Below, piece after piece: positions 9,572-18,725 of a stretch of 64,000 bases of DNA. Below the pieces are notes generated by a model. It was not told the origin of the DNA and did not search any database. It worked only from the letters and a program-made list of their open reading frames with translations. The stretch's first letter is position 1, and every line of letters begins with the position of its first letter. Location of the stretch: the NCBI GenBank assembly GCA_964488025.1, contig CAZATJ010000003.1:4294-68293 (forward strand). Direction: 5' to 3'. Origin of the DNA: an uncultured Bdellovibrionales bacterium (lineage in GTDB: Bacteria; Patescibacteriota; Minisyncoccia; Moranbacterales; UBA1568). The position numbers and the translations under genes are program-made.

Positions 9572-10612
9572 TCATGAGGGAAGCGATGAGAGGTGTTCTG
9601 GAGTGATAGCTCCAATCATGGCATCCACATCACTTTGAAACAAGAGCCCCGCGATTGCTCCGTAAAATCCGACAACGCTGCCGCTGTTTGCCATGCCATA
9701 GCGGAGCGCTTCCGGAAGGGTTTTCCCCATCAAATGCGCCGCAAAAAATCCCGACGTGAAGGCGTCACCAGCACCGGTGCTATCGACGACTTGGCTCCGC
9801 GTATGGATCGGACAAAACCAGTATGCTTCACCGTCATAGCCCCAGGAACCGCGCCTTCCATCAGTCATACCGATAATCTTCGCTCCAGCAGAATGAAGTT
9901 TTTCCAAAAGAAACAATTCGTCATTGAGCGATTCATCACTTGGTCTCGGGACAGATTGTGAGAGGAGTTCTATCGCCTCATCCTTATTGAGAAGGAGGAC
10001 GTCCACCGATGGCAGGGATTCAAGAACAAGTTTCGGATCATCTTTTATGTTGTGTTGACCGGGATTGAGAGCCAGAGAGAGTCCAAATTTTTTCTTCGCC
10101 TGCAAAAGGGTAGCGAGGTTCTTTTTCCAGTCTCCGTTTAAGGCACTCACAAAAAGCCAAGTGGCGGACGCCAGTTTCTTTTCCTCCACACAGAGGCGCT
10201 CATTGGCATCACGATTATGAAAAATGGTTCGCTCGCCACTTTGCGTAAGTACGATAATGGCGGAGAGGTCCGTTTTGGCATCATCGTAGCGAGTAAGGAG
10301 ACTCGTATCCACTCCTTCTTTTTTGAGCGAATCCGTAATGAAATTTCCCACTTCATCATTTCCAATACAACTGTAAGTCGCTACGCTCTTTCCGAAGCGC
10401 GCCAGTCCGACTGCCACGTTCCCCGCCACACCACCTAGTGCCTCAAAACGATCTTCGACGCGATATTTTCCTCCCAATTCGAAAGCAACTTTCTGCTTGG
10501 CGGTAATATCCTCCGGAGTATCGATTACTATTCCTTCGGCAGTTGGAAAAAAAATATCTTTCGATACGGAACCAACACAGATAACCTCAGGATTTTTTGT
10601 ACGAAACCACAT
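9572..10612 (-). CDS. PfkB-family carbohydrate/nucleoside kinase (ribokinase-like)
   Basis: It carries the PfkB signature DSTGAGDAFTSGF and a Gly-rich N-terminal motif. Confidence 0.75.
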   Translation of the reverse strand: MWFRTKNPEVICVGSVSKDIFFPTAEGIVIDTPEDITAKQKVAFELGGKYRVEDRFEALGGVAGNVAVGLARFGKSVATYSCIGNDEVGNFITDSLKKEGVDTSLLTRYDDAKTDLSAIIVLTQSGERTIFHNRDANERLCVEEKKLASATWLFVSALNGDWKKNLATLLQAKKKFGLSLALNPGQHNIKDDPKLVLESLPSVDVLLLNKDEAIELLSQSVPRPSDESLNDELFLLEKLHSAGAKIIGMTDGRRGSWGYDGEAYWFCPIHTRSQVVDSTGAGDAFTSGFFAAHLMGKTLPEALRYGMANSGSVVGFYGAIAGLLFQSDVDAMIGAITPEHLSSLPS

Positions 10613-10622
10613 AATCGAAAAA

Positions 10623-11903
10623 TTAATGAATCGCCGCGTATATCTCGAGAAGACGATTGTACTTGCTCAGGCGCTCTCCGCGAGAAAGCGATCCGGATTT
10701 GATGAATTCCGCTCCCGTACCGACAGCCAAATCAGCGATAAAATCATCCGTTGTTTCTCCGGAACGATGGGAAATCACGCGCTTCATAGCCTGGTCACGA
10801 GCCAGACGCATACAATCAAGCGTTTCAGAAACAGTACCGATCTGATTCGCCTTAATAAGTACGGCATTGCAAGATTTTTTTTCAATGGCTTTCATGAGAC
10901 GCTCCACGTTGGTGACCAAGAGGTCATCCCCGATAAGCATGAGTGGTCGTTTCCAGGCAGTCTCTTCTTTTTCCAATTTTTCCCTCATGGTCGCCCAACC
11001 ATCCCAGTCCTCTTCATGAAGGCCATCTTCAATGGAGACGACCGCATATTTTTCCATCCATTCGCGGTATACGTTGGTAAGACTTTCACGGGAAAGCATC
11101 ACACCTTCCGGCTTCAAAAGATATTGATCTTCTGTTTTGTCATAGAAAGAATCCGCGGCAACATCCAAACCGATAAAAATATGTTCACCGGTCCGGTAAC
11201 CCGCCAGAGTAATAGCCTGACCAATAAGCTCCAGCGCCTGAGCATGACTTTCTACTCGTGGAGCAAAACCGCCCTCATCGCCTACGGCCACCGTGAAGCC
11301 GTTCTGTTCAAGCAACTTCTGCAACGCATGAAAAACCTCGCTCCCGGCACGCAATTGTTCGGGGAACGTACTGATGCCAAAAGGAACAATCTTGAATTCC
11401 TGCACTGAAAGGCCGGAATCAGCATGCTTACCACCATTCACGATATTGAACATCGGAATGGGAAAATGATGAGCTACTCGTTCTGTTCCATACAAATGAG
11501 CAATGTGTTCGTAAAGTGGAATTTTTGCCGACAGCGCCGCTGCCCGACAGACAGCGAGTGAAACTCCAAGAATGGCATTGGCTCCGAGACGCGATTTGTT
11601 AGGCGTTCCATCGAGCGTCTTCATTTTTTCATCGAGTCCTTCCTGATCGCTTGCTTCCATGCCCCGGACCGCTTCGGCGATTTCAGTATTCACAAAACCA
11701 ACAGCGCGAAGTACGCCCATACCATGAAAACGTGAGGTATCATTATCTCTCAGTTCTATGGCTTCAAAGGCTCCCGTCGACTTGCCGGAGGGGACGCCGG
11801 CTTTAGCCACCGTACCATCATCCAGAGTGACTTTCACTTCTACGGTCGGTTCTCCCCTGGAATCAAGGATTTCTCTCCCCACCACCTCGGTGATACGCGC
11901 CAT
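10623..11903 (-). CDS. eno: Enolase
   Basis: It starts MARITEVVGREILDSRGEPTVEV, and the enolase signature SHRSGETED-like region (SHRSGETTDDF) is present. Confidence 0.9.
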   Translation of the reverse strand: MARITEVVGREILDSRGEPTVEVKVTLDDGTVAKAGVPSGKSTGAFEAIELRDNDTSRFHGMGVLRAVGFVNTEIAEAVRGMEASDQEGLDEKMKTLDGTPNKSRLGANAILGVSLAVCRAAALSAKIPLYEHIAHLYGTERVAHHFPIPMFNIVNGGKHADSGLSVQEFKIVPFGISTFPEQLRAGSEVFHALQKLLEQNGFTVAVGDEGGFAPRVESHAQALELIGQAITLAGYRTGEHIFIGLDVAADSFYDKTEDQYLLKPEGVMLSRESLTNVYREWMEKYAVVSIEDGLHEEDWDGWATMREKLEKEETAWKRPLMLIGDDLLVTNVERLMKAIEKKSCNAVLIKANQIGTVSETLDCMRLARDQAMKRVISHRSGETTDDFIADLAVGTGAEFIKSGSLSRGERLSKYNRLLEIYAAIH

Positions 11904-11959
11904 AATTATGAATTTCAATAAATAATTTCAATGATTTCGGAAGGTTCCTTTTCAGTATA

Positions 11960-13009
11960 TCATGCCTCCAGTGCGAGGAGTCCGGGAAGTGTTTTCCCGC
12001 TCAGGTATTCCAGCATCGCGCCACCACCAGAAGAAACAAAACTGATTTTTTCCAGGGAATTTGATTTTTCCAATACCGCAAGCGACTCTCCCCCGCCGAT
12101 AACAACATAGGCACCGCTATGAAGAATGGCGTGAAGGATTGCTTCCGTTCCGATATCATATGGTTTTTCTTCAAATTTCCCCATCGGTCCATTCCAAATG
12201 ATTGTTTTGGCCGTACCTATGAACTGAGTGTAATAAGCGATGGTCTGTGGGCCAATATCCAGGCGCGCCGAGGATTCAAAGTCCTTGGGAAGAAGCACTT
12301 GTTCAGGAAAAGAAAGATTTTGATCCAAAGCTTCGTTGGCAACCTTTCCCCCGACCAGGATAGCGTCATAATTTTTTGCCAATTCTTCAATAAGAGGGAG
12401 CTTCGTTTCAATTTTGGCACCGCCAATAATCGCGAGAGCAGGATGTTCGGGAAAAAGGCGTATCCGGTTTAATTCCGTCACCTCTTCAATGAGACGCAGA
12501 CCAGCATAGGCAGGAAGAATACGGGTAATAGCCTCCACGGAGGCATGGGCCCGATGACAGACACTGAAGGCTTCGTTAACATAAAGAGTGAATGGCGCCG
12601 CCAATCGTCGGGAAAAATGCTCATCATTGGCTTCTTCTTCCGGGTAAAAACGGACATTCTCAAGCAGAAGCACCTGATTGGGAGACATGTCGGCGAGAGC
12701 TTTTTCTACGACCTCGCCGATACAGTCGGGAACAAAGATAACTTTTTTCCCGAGAGAACGTTCCACGGAAGTCACGAGTCTTGCCACGGAATAGGTCTTA
12801 TCATATTTCCCTTCCGGACGACCGAAGTGGGTAAGAATCGCCACTCTGGCTCCAGGCGCCGAAGTGATAAGATCGACTGTTTTTTTCACGATATCCAAAC
12901 GGAAGTGTTCTTCTACGCCGGAGATATTGCTTTGTTCGATATTGAAATCGACCCGCAAGAGAATCCGCTGATTGTCGCAATGAGCCGCTTCAACGCTTCG
13001 GAGTGTCAT
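11960..13009 (-). CDS. pgk: Phosphoglycerate kinase (short form)
   Basis: It has RVDFNIE, ILTHFGRPEG and VLLLENVRFYPEEEAND, which are PGK signatures. Confidence 0.8.
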   Translation of the reverse strand: MTLRSVEAAHCDNQRILLRVDFNIEQSNISGVEEHFRLDIVKKTVDLITSAPGARVAILTHFGRPEGKYDKTYSVARLVTSVERSLGKKVIFVPDCIGEVVEKALADMSPNQVLLLENVRFYPEEEANDEHFSRRLAAPFTLYVNEAFSVCHRAHASVEAITRILPAYAGLRLIEEVTELNRIRLFPEHPALAIIGGAKIETKLPLIEELAKNYDAILVGGKVANEALDQNLSFPEQVLLPKDFESSARLDIGPQTIAYYTQFIGTAKTIIWNGPMGKFEEKPYDIGTEAILHAILHSGAYVVIGGGESLAVLEKSNSLEKISFVSSGGGAMLEYLSGKTLPGLLALEA

Positions 13010-13059
13010 AAGAATTTAAAAAATGAGTATAAATGAGAGTTTTCGGATAATGAACAGAA

Positions 13060-14169
13060 TCACTTCCCCATACCAAGAATGGCGACCATGAGTCCGATCA
13101 GCGCTGTCAGAGAGGTGAATATCCAGGCACGCATGACAATTTTCGGTTCCGGCCAACCCCGAGCCTCGAAGTGATGGTGAATGGGAGCGGCCAGAAAAAT
13201 TTTTCGACCAAAAAACTTCTTGCTCAACAGTTGAATGGCAACACTCCCGGATTCCAAAGAGTAGATGGCAACGATGATAAAAAGGGCAAACACGGAATTA
13301 GTAAGCATAGCCACCACCCCGAGAGTCGTTCCAAGCGCTATAGCACCAGTATCCCCCATAAAAAATCGGGCTGGATAAATATTGAACCACAGAAAAGCCA
13401 GAAGCGCTCCAGCCAATGCCGCGCAAAAAGCAGCTAAGTCCATCTTGTTCTGCACAAAAGAAATAAGGGAAAAGGCACTGAAGGCGATAAGCAAGACCCC
13501 ACCATTTAAGCCGTCGAGGCCATCCGTTTCATTGGAGGATATGGCGGAAAACAAAATAACAGAAATAAACAGAGGGATATACCAGAATCCAATGGTAAAA
13601 TCGCCAATGGCCGGAATATGAATAACGTCCCATCCGAGCTTTCCGTAAAACCACCAGGCACCGAGACCAGCGATAGCGAACAGCCACCAGAAACGAAACG
13701 CGAAGCGCATCCCACCACCCTTGTTGGTGCCGCATCCTCGAACACTCATGTAGTCGTCAAAGAGTCCCAAGATTCCGGCTGTCACCAGAGCAAAAAGTGG
13801 AAGCCAGACCTGAGAACGCTTGAAAAAATCAAGGCGGGCGATAAAATTCGTATTGGTCCATTCGGCGATAAAAGGGAAGACATAATGGGAAAGAAGAACC
13901 AAAATGAGCACCGAAAACCAAATGATGACACCACCCATAGTCGGTGTACCAGCCTTTCCGGCATGAAGCTTGTTGACGAAAGTCAGCTGTTCACCATTAA
14001 CCGATTTTTCTTTGATCTTGATGCTGAACTTGTATCGATACAGGAGATATGTCCACAACGGAGTCAGACAGAAAGCGATCAGAAATGCCAAAAGACCAGT
14101 TGAGAGCACCTTGAGAACATTCAAAATATGCGGGATATTCTGTATCTGAGCTATTTGGATGGTTTCCAT
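13060..14169 (-). CDS. mraY: Phospho-N-acetylmuramoyl-pentapeptide transferase MraY
   Basis: It is a polytopic membrane protein with the DGLDGL motif, FMGDTGAIALG and the MraY-specific PIHHHFE motif. Confidence 0.75.
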   Translation of the reverse strand: METIQIAQIQNIPHILNVLKVLSTGLLAFLIAFCLTPLWTYLLYRYKFSIKIKEKSVNGEQLTFVNKLHAGKAGTPTMGGVIIWFSVLILVLLSHYVFPFIAEWTNTNFIARLDFFKRSQVWLPLFALVTAGILGLFDDYMSVRGCGTNKGGGMRFAFRFWWLFAIAGLGAWWFYGKLGWDVIHIPAIGDFTIGFWYIPLFISVILFSAISSNETDGLDGLNGGVLLIAFSAFSLISFVQNKMDLAAFCAALAGALLAFLWFNIYPARFFMGDTGAIALGTTLGVVAMLTNSVFALFIIVAIYSLESGSVAIQLLSKKFFGRKIFLAAPIHHHFEARGWPEPKIVMRAWIFTSLTALIGLMVAILGMGK

Positions 14170-14187
14170 AGAAAGATATGAAACTGA

Positions 14188-15219
14188 TTATTTCCAATCA
14201 AAGGCTTGAAAACTCCAATCAAACATGGATCGGATACTCTGCCAACGGGATTGGTCATCAAGTACGACTGCCACTACCTTGTGATTTGCCGTGTAATCGG
14301 TTGCGACGGCAAGGAGCGAATACCCCGCAAGCGGAGTAAAGCCGGTCTTGGTGCCGAGAAGATTCGGAAACTGACCCAGCAACTGATCGGTGTTGAAAAT
14401 TTCGTGAGTATACTGACCATCCGAAGAAGTGATAAACTGTTTTTCGAGGCGCATAATCTCCCAAATCTCCGGAAAAGAAAGGGCGTGCACCGCGATTTTC
14501 GCCATATCGGTCGCTGAAGAATAACATTCGTGTTCCAAACCATCCGGTTCGAGTCCGGAGGGAGTGCAGAAGTGTGAATTTTTAAGACCGAGTTCTTGGG
14601 CGCGCTGATTCATTATTTTGGCAAACCCTCCCTGAGTCAGACCGATATGCTTCCCGAGGGCAATGGCGGCATCGTTGGCACTGTTCATAAGAGCTGCCTT
14701 GAGAAGGTTGCGTGCCGTCAGTTTTTCTCCTGGTTTAAGTCGTACGCCATTACAAAATCCGGAACGAGGACAACCCACGCGAGAACCTTCGGAATACACT
14801 GCTTCTTCATCAACCTCTACTAATTCTTCCAAATCACGAATCCGCTCCATGACAATGGTTGCGGTGAACAGCTTGGTCAGTGATGCCACTTGCCGCCGTT
14901 CATCAGCATTCCTCTCATAGAGTATCTTGCCGGATTCAACATCCATGATGACGGAAGCATGTGCTGAAACGATAGTCAGGCGCGGAGAATACTCTTTCAG
15001 CTCCGGATGAAAACCGGTCGCCAATTCCCGACTTTCGGAAACAAGCGGTTCGACCGGTACGCTTATTTTTTGTTCCCTTTGGTCTGGAATACTTGCGTTA
15101 CTCCCCTCCTGCCAAAAATTAAGGAAGTTTTTCCCATGAGCGACCAGGGAAGACCCTTTCTCTCCCACGCTCAAAAAGAGGGCTCCGGCAAGGATGATAA
15201 GAAAGAGAAAAAATCGCAT
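14188..15219 (-). CDS. D-alanyl-D-alanine carboxypeptidase (S11, PBP5-like)
   Basis: It has an N-terminal signal/TM segment and the SxxK active site in VASLTKLFTA. Confidence 0.75.
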   Translation of the reverse strand: MRFFLFLIILAGALFLSVGEKGSSLVAHGKNFLNFWQEGSNASIPDQREQKISVPVEPLVSESRELATGFHPELKEYSPRLTIVSAHASVIMDVESGKILYERNADERRQVASLTKLFTATIVMERIRDLEELVEVDEEAVYSEGSRVGCPRSGFCNGVRLKPGEKLTARNLLKAALMNSANDAAIALGKHIGLTQGGFAKIMNQRAQELGLKNSHFCTPSGLEPDGLEHECYSSATDMAKIAVHALSFPEIWEIMRLEKQFITSSDGQYTHEIFNTDQLLGQFPNLLGTKTGFTPLAGYSLLAVATDYTANHKVVAVVLDDQSRWQSIRSMFDWSFQAFDWK

Positions 15220-15223
15220 AGTA

Positions 15224-15817
15224 TCAGTAGGTATCTGTTTTTATGTCTTCTTCTTCGGATATGACCGGCTCTGCCTCGAGAATCATGTGAAGACGCTCGT
15301 CATGAGAAAGCGTCTCATGATCGGGAAGTTCCGTTATTTTCGAAATCCCCAACACCTGAAGAAAACGAAGTGTGGGACGATACAGATAGCCGCGATGATC
15401 ACTTGGGTTCCCTTCTCGCGAAATAAGATCACGTAAAAGGAGGTTTCGTAAAGTAAAGCTGCAGTTCACTCCGCGAATGGCATCGATTTCTACCCGGGAA
15501 ACGGGAGCTCGATAAGCAATAATGGCCAGTACCTCAAGTGCTGCCTTGCTCATATTTTCCTGAAGCGTGCTTTTGGTCAAGGTTTCCACAAACGAGGCGT
15601 TGACCGGTTTCGTAGCCAAAACTATGGTTTTTTCATCCCGTATCAGCATAAGGCCATTCCCTGGATCGTTTTCATACTTTTCAGAAAGGCTCTCGAGCAT
15701 CGGGAGAATTTCTTTTTCGGTCGTTCCAAGAACCTTCACGAGACGATGAATCGCAATCGGTTCTCCACTGACAAAAAGAATGGACTCGAGAGCTGAAAGA
15801 AGTCTGTCGTCAGGCAT
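15224..15817 (-). CDS. scpB: Segregation and condensation protein B
   Basis: The ScpB N-terminus reads LESILFVSGEPIAIHRL. Confidence 0.8.
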   Translation of the reverse strand: MPDDRLLSALESILFVSGEPIAIHRLVKVLGTTEKEILPMLESLSEKYENDPGNGLMLIRDEKTIVLATKPVNASFVETLTKSTLQENMSKAALEVLAIIAYRAPVSRVEIDAIRGVNCSFTLRNLLLRDLISREGNPSDHRGYLYRPTLRFLQVLGISKITELPDHETLSHDERLHMILEAEPVISEEEDIKTDTY

Positions 15818-15821
15818 AGTG

Positions 15822-16526
15822 TTATATCAACCGTTTAATGCGGATATTACTGAAAAATTCCTTCTGCTCGACATGAATGAAACGCTGTTTGATAAGTTCC
15901 AACATGGCAAGAAAAGAAACAATTACTTCCACTCGATCACGCGCCGTGCCGATAATCTCCGCGAAAGAAGACTCAGCTCTTTCCGACAACGACCGCTGTA
16001 GCGCCGTGATTTTTTCTTCCAGAGTGATAATAGAAGCGATTTCTCTCTCCGGAAGGATTTCAAAAATAGGAATGTCACCCAAAACATCCAAAAAATGTGC
16101 ACGGAGCACCTCCCGAGTGATATCTTTTGGTGGATAAAAGACCACCTGCATACCCGAGAAACTTTCACGAGTGAAAGATCCTCGCGCGCGGAGAAAGAGC
16201 GTACCGAGCTTCTGTGAAGCCTCGCGAAAAAGCCGATACGCTTTCAGGCGATACTCGAGATCTTCCATCGCCTCTTCCTCTTCATCGCTAAAATCAAGCA
16301 CCGGAAGAAGCGCGCGGGATTTTATGAGAATCAGGCGTGCCGCGATAGAGAGGAATGCCGCGAGATTCTCAAGCGATATGGATTCCTCATTCCGGATATG
16401 AACCAGATACTGATCAGCCACTTGCGCCAGACTCACCTGGGTAATATCCAATTTTTCCTTTTCAATAAGCGAAAGAAGGAGATCAAGCGGTCCCTCAAAT
16501 TTCTCCAAACGAAAGTGATAGGCCAT
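15822..16526 (-). CDS. scpA: Segregation and condensation protein A (kleisin)
   Basis: It has the FEGPLDLLLSLIEKEK motif. The start is chosen at MAYHFRLEK, whereas the ORF track extends to 16640. Confidence 0.78.
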   Translation of the reverse strand: MAYHFRLEKFEGPLDLLLSLIEKEKLDITQVSLAQVADQYLVHIRNEESISLENLAAFLSIAARLILIKSRALLPVLDFSDEEEEAMEDLEYRLKAYRLFREASQKLGTLFLRARGSFTRESFSGMQVVFYPPKDITREVLRAHFLDVLGDIPIFEILPEREIASIITLEEKITALQRSLSERAESSFAEIIGTARDRVEVIVSFLAMLELIKQRFIHVEQKEFFSNIRIKRLI

Positions 16527-16608
16527 AACAAAAGAGGAAATGGTTTTTATACCCATCTCCTCCTTAAAATAACATTTTTTCCACCTTTTACCAAGTACTG
16601 AATTTTCA

Positions 16609-17802
16609 TCAGGAAGCCTCACGAAAGCCGTCTCTTTCACTCATCGTGTCGCGCAAGAAACATGTTTCCAAAAGAGAGAGTGCTAGCACCAATGATACGG
16701 CAAAAAAGACGCTCCAAAGAGGGAAGAAAAGGAACAAGAGAAGAGAGAGTACTGCTGCCGCGATATTGGCCAGTGGCCTGGCAGTACGGAAAAAAGCGAT
16801 AACATTCATATCATTACCATCAATCTGTTTGTAAAAGTAGGCATCCCGAAGAATCTCGATCCCAGCGATACCGACACGGGTCAGAAAGAGTACAGCTCCC
16901 CAGAGGACAACACTTCCCGACCCGAGGAATGGCAGGAGCGCGGTAGACACCGCGGCAATAGCGATGCTTCCGATAAGCATTTCTTTTTCACCAAAATAAC
17001 GATCGGCCAATACCCCGAGCGGATACTGAAGCATCACAAATGGCAAAAGCATGACTGTGAAAATGATGCCGATGTCGTCCCAAGAAAAATCGAGGGAACG
17101 GAGATAGAGCGGCGTATAGACGATCATCATCGCATAAAAAAACTCCATGGCGAAGGAAACATTATAAATACGAAAGAGGTTTCTTTCGCGGAGCATCTTT
17201 TTGAAAGTAGATCCGAATCTGAGTTTTTCCTGAAACACTTGATTATCCATCCGGAAACCAAGAAGGGAAATAATGAAGACGATGGTATAGCCGATGACGA
17301 GCATCAGAAAAATCCCCCCATAACCGAAAGAATCGAGTGTTTTGAGGGAGAGAAAGGGAGCAGCAAGCAACCCGGCATTCATGATGGTCAGATAGAGCCC
17401 ACGGATAGAGCCAGAAACCTTGTCTTGGGAGAAACTCTCAAGGAGTATATCGAGCGCCACCCAAGTAACGTTAGTCGCGATAATGAGAACGAGTGCCGCA
17501 CCGATAGAGACCGAAAACGAAGAAACTGAGGCCAGTACGGCGGCAGCACAAATACTGACGCCAAGCGAAAGATAGAGCGCGTGCGCCCTGCCGATGAGAC
17601 GGATAAGGGGCTGAAGGAAAAAAAGACCGACAAATACTCCGCTATACGCCACCAAATAAAATATTCCGACGCTCTCATTTGCCGAAACATCAGAAAAATA
17701 GGTCGACAAGATGTAAATAAAAAAAGCGTCCAAGAAACCGATGAGGAAAGAGACGATACTGACCAGACGGATCTTTTGCTTGTTGAAATTTTCTTTATGC
17801 AT
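16609..17802 (-). CDS. MFS transporter
   Basis: It has about 12 predicted TM helices and a GRxxD-like loop, LIGRAHA. Confidence 0.7.
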   Translation of the reverse strand: MHKENFNKQKIRLVSIVSFLIGFLDAFFIYILSTYFSDVSANESVGIFYLVAYSGVFVGLFFLQPLIRLIGRAHALYLSLGVSICAAAVLASVSSFSVSIGAALVLIIATNVTWVALDILLESFSQDKVSGSIRGLYLTIMNAGLLAAPFLSLKTLDSFGYGGIFLMLVIGYTIVFIISLLGFRMDNQVFQEKLRFGSTFKKMLRERNLFRIYNVSFAMEFFYAMMIVYTPLYLRSLDFSWDDIGIIFTVMLLPFVMLQYPLGVLADRYFGEKEMLIGSIAIAAVSTALLPFLGSGSVVLWGAVLFLTRVGIAGIEILRDAYFYKQIDGNDMNVIAFFRTARPLANIAAAVLSLLLFLFFPLWSVFFAVSLVLALSLLETCFLRDTMSERDGFREAS

Positions 17803-17860
17803 GTTTTTTGTTTTTCTCCATTCGTATTATGCCACAACGGAAACAGAATGAACAGCGTTC

Positions 17861-18265
17861 TTACTTGAGACAACTCGGAATGTAGCCACGTTTTTCAGCA
17901 TCTTCTTTGGACGTGAAACAGACCCTGTTTTCCGACTTAATCCGTTTGGCAACGGCACACGTCGACAGATGGTATTTGTTCGAATTCTTACTTCCAACAA
18001 AAACACAGTCGCGACTACTCTCTTTCGCCACTACCCGCTCGACAGGAGCTGTCTTTATCGGTGACTGAGCGCTTTCGGAGTTTCCCGATTCTAAGGTATT
18101 CTCCACCGGAACCGGTGGCAAGGTGAGTACCAAAGATCTTTCTTGTGTAGTACGCCCCTGAAGTAACCCGGCCTCAAAACAAAGAATGCCAACAAGAACG
18201 ATTCCGACCAATACCAGGAGCCGTTCTTTCTCTTCATCGAGCCACTTTTTGATACTTTCCTTCAT
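17861..18265 (-). CDS. Membrane-anchored protein with a C-terminal Ada-N-like metal-binding domain
   Basis: It has one TM segment, LVLVGIVLVGILCF. The C-terminus reads KYHLSTC...NRVCFTSKEDAEKRGYIPSC, which aligns to the Ada Zn-binding pattern IYCRPSC...NVRFFDSAAEAEAAGFRPCKRC. The start is chosen at MKESIKKW. Confidence 0.5.
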   Translation of the reverse strand: MKESIKKWLDEEKERLLVLVGIVLVGILCFEAGLLQGRTTQERSLVLTLPPVPVENTLESGNSESAQSPIKTAPVERVVAKESSRDCVFVGSKNSNKYHLSTCAVAKRIKSENRVCFTSKEDAEKRGYIPSCLK

Positions 18266-18285
18266 GAGATTCAATCGTATCCCCA

Positions 18286-18314
18286 GTTGACAAAACTGAC
18301 AGCTGTGATATACT
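18286..18314 (+). promoter_or_regulatory. Sigma70-like promoter for rpmA
   Basis: TTGACA (18286-18291), a 17-nt spacer and TATACT (18309-18314). Confidence 0.55.
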
Positions 18315-18364
18315 CCCTCTACAGTATATCGCAATTTTCCTAATGTGTAAGCTCCTATACGGTT

Positions 18365-18661
18365 ATGGCAACCAGAAAAGCAGGTGGATCAACCGCCCTC
18401 GGCCGTGATTCCATTTCTAAACGTCTCGGCGTCAAGATTTTCGGCAATCAGGCAGTTTCCGTCGGTAACATCATTATTCGCCAGCGTGGCACCCAATTCC
18501 ACCCAGGAAAGAACGTGAAGCAGGGCGAGGATGATACGCTCTTCTCAATGGTGAATGGTTTCGTGGAGTTTCAAGCTCGCAAGGTCAAGGATTTTACCGG
18601 CAAGATTGTTTCGCGGACATTCGTGAACGTCACCTCGGAAAAAAAGAAGGAACAGAACTAG
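18365..18661 (+). CDS. rpmA: 50S ribosomal protein L27
   Basis: It translates as [24 protein letters not shown]...[16 protein letters not shown]. Confidence 0.9.
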   Translation: MATRKAGGSTALGRDSISKRLGVKIFGNQAVSVGNIIIRQRGTQFHPGKNVKQGEDDTLFSMVNGFVEFQARKVKDFTGKIVSRTFVNVTSEKKKEQN

Positions 18662-18682
18662 CTTTTTTCGAAACACTCTAAA

Positions 18683-18714
18683 AACACCCCAAACTTGTTG
18701 AAGGGTGTTTTTTG
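18683..18714. terminator. Hairpin plus T-run between the convergent genes rpmA and pyrG
   Basis: aacaccc-13 nt loop-gggtgtt, followed by tttttg. Confidence 0.5.
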
Positions 18715-18725
18715 TTACTTGTTTT

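Noticed and set aside
10497-11408. A 303-aa plus-strand ORF within eno.
   Set aside because: It is antisense to the enolase gene and has no motifs.
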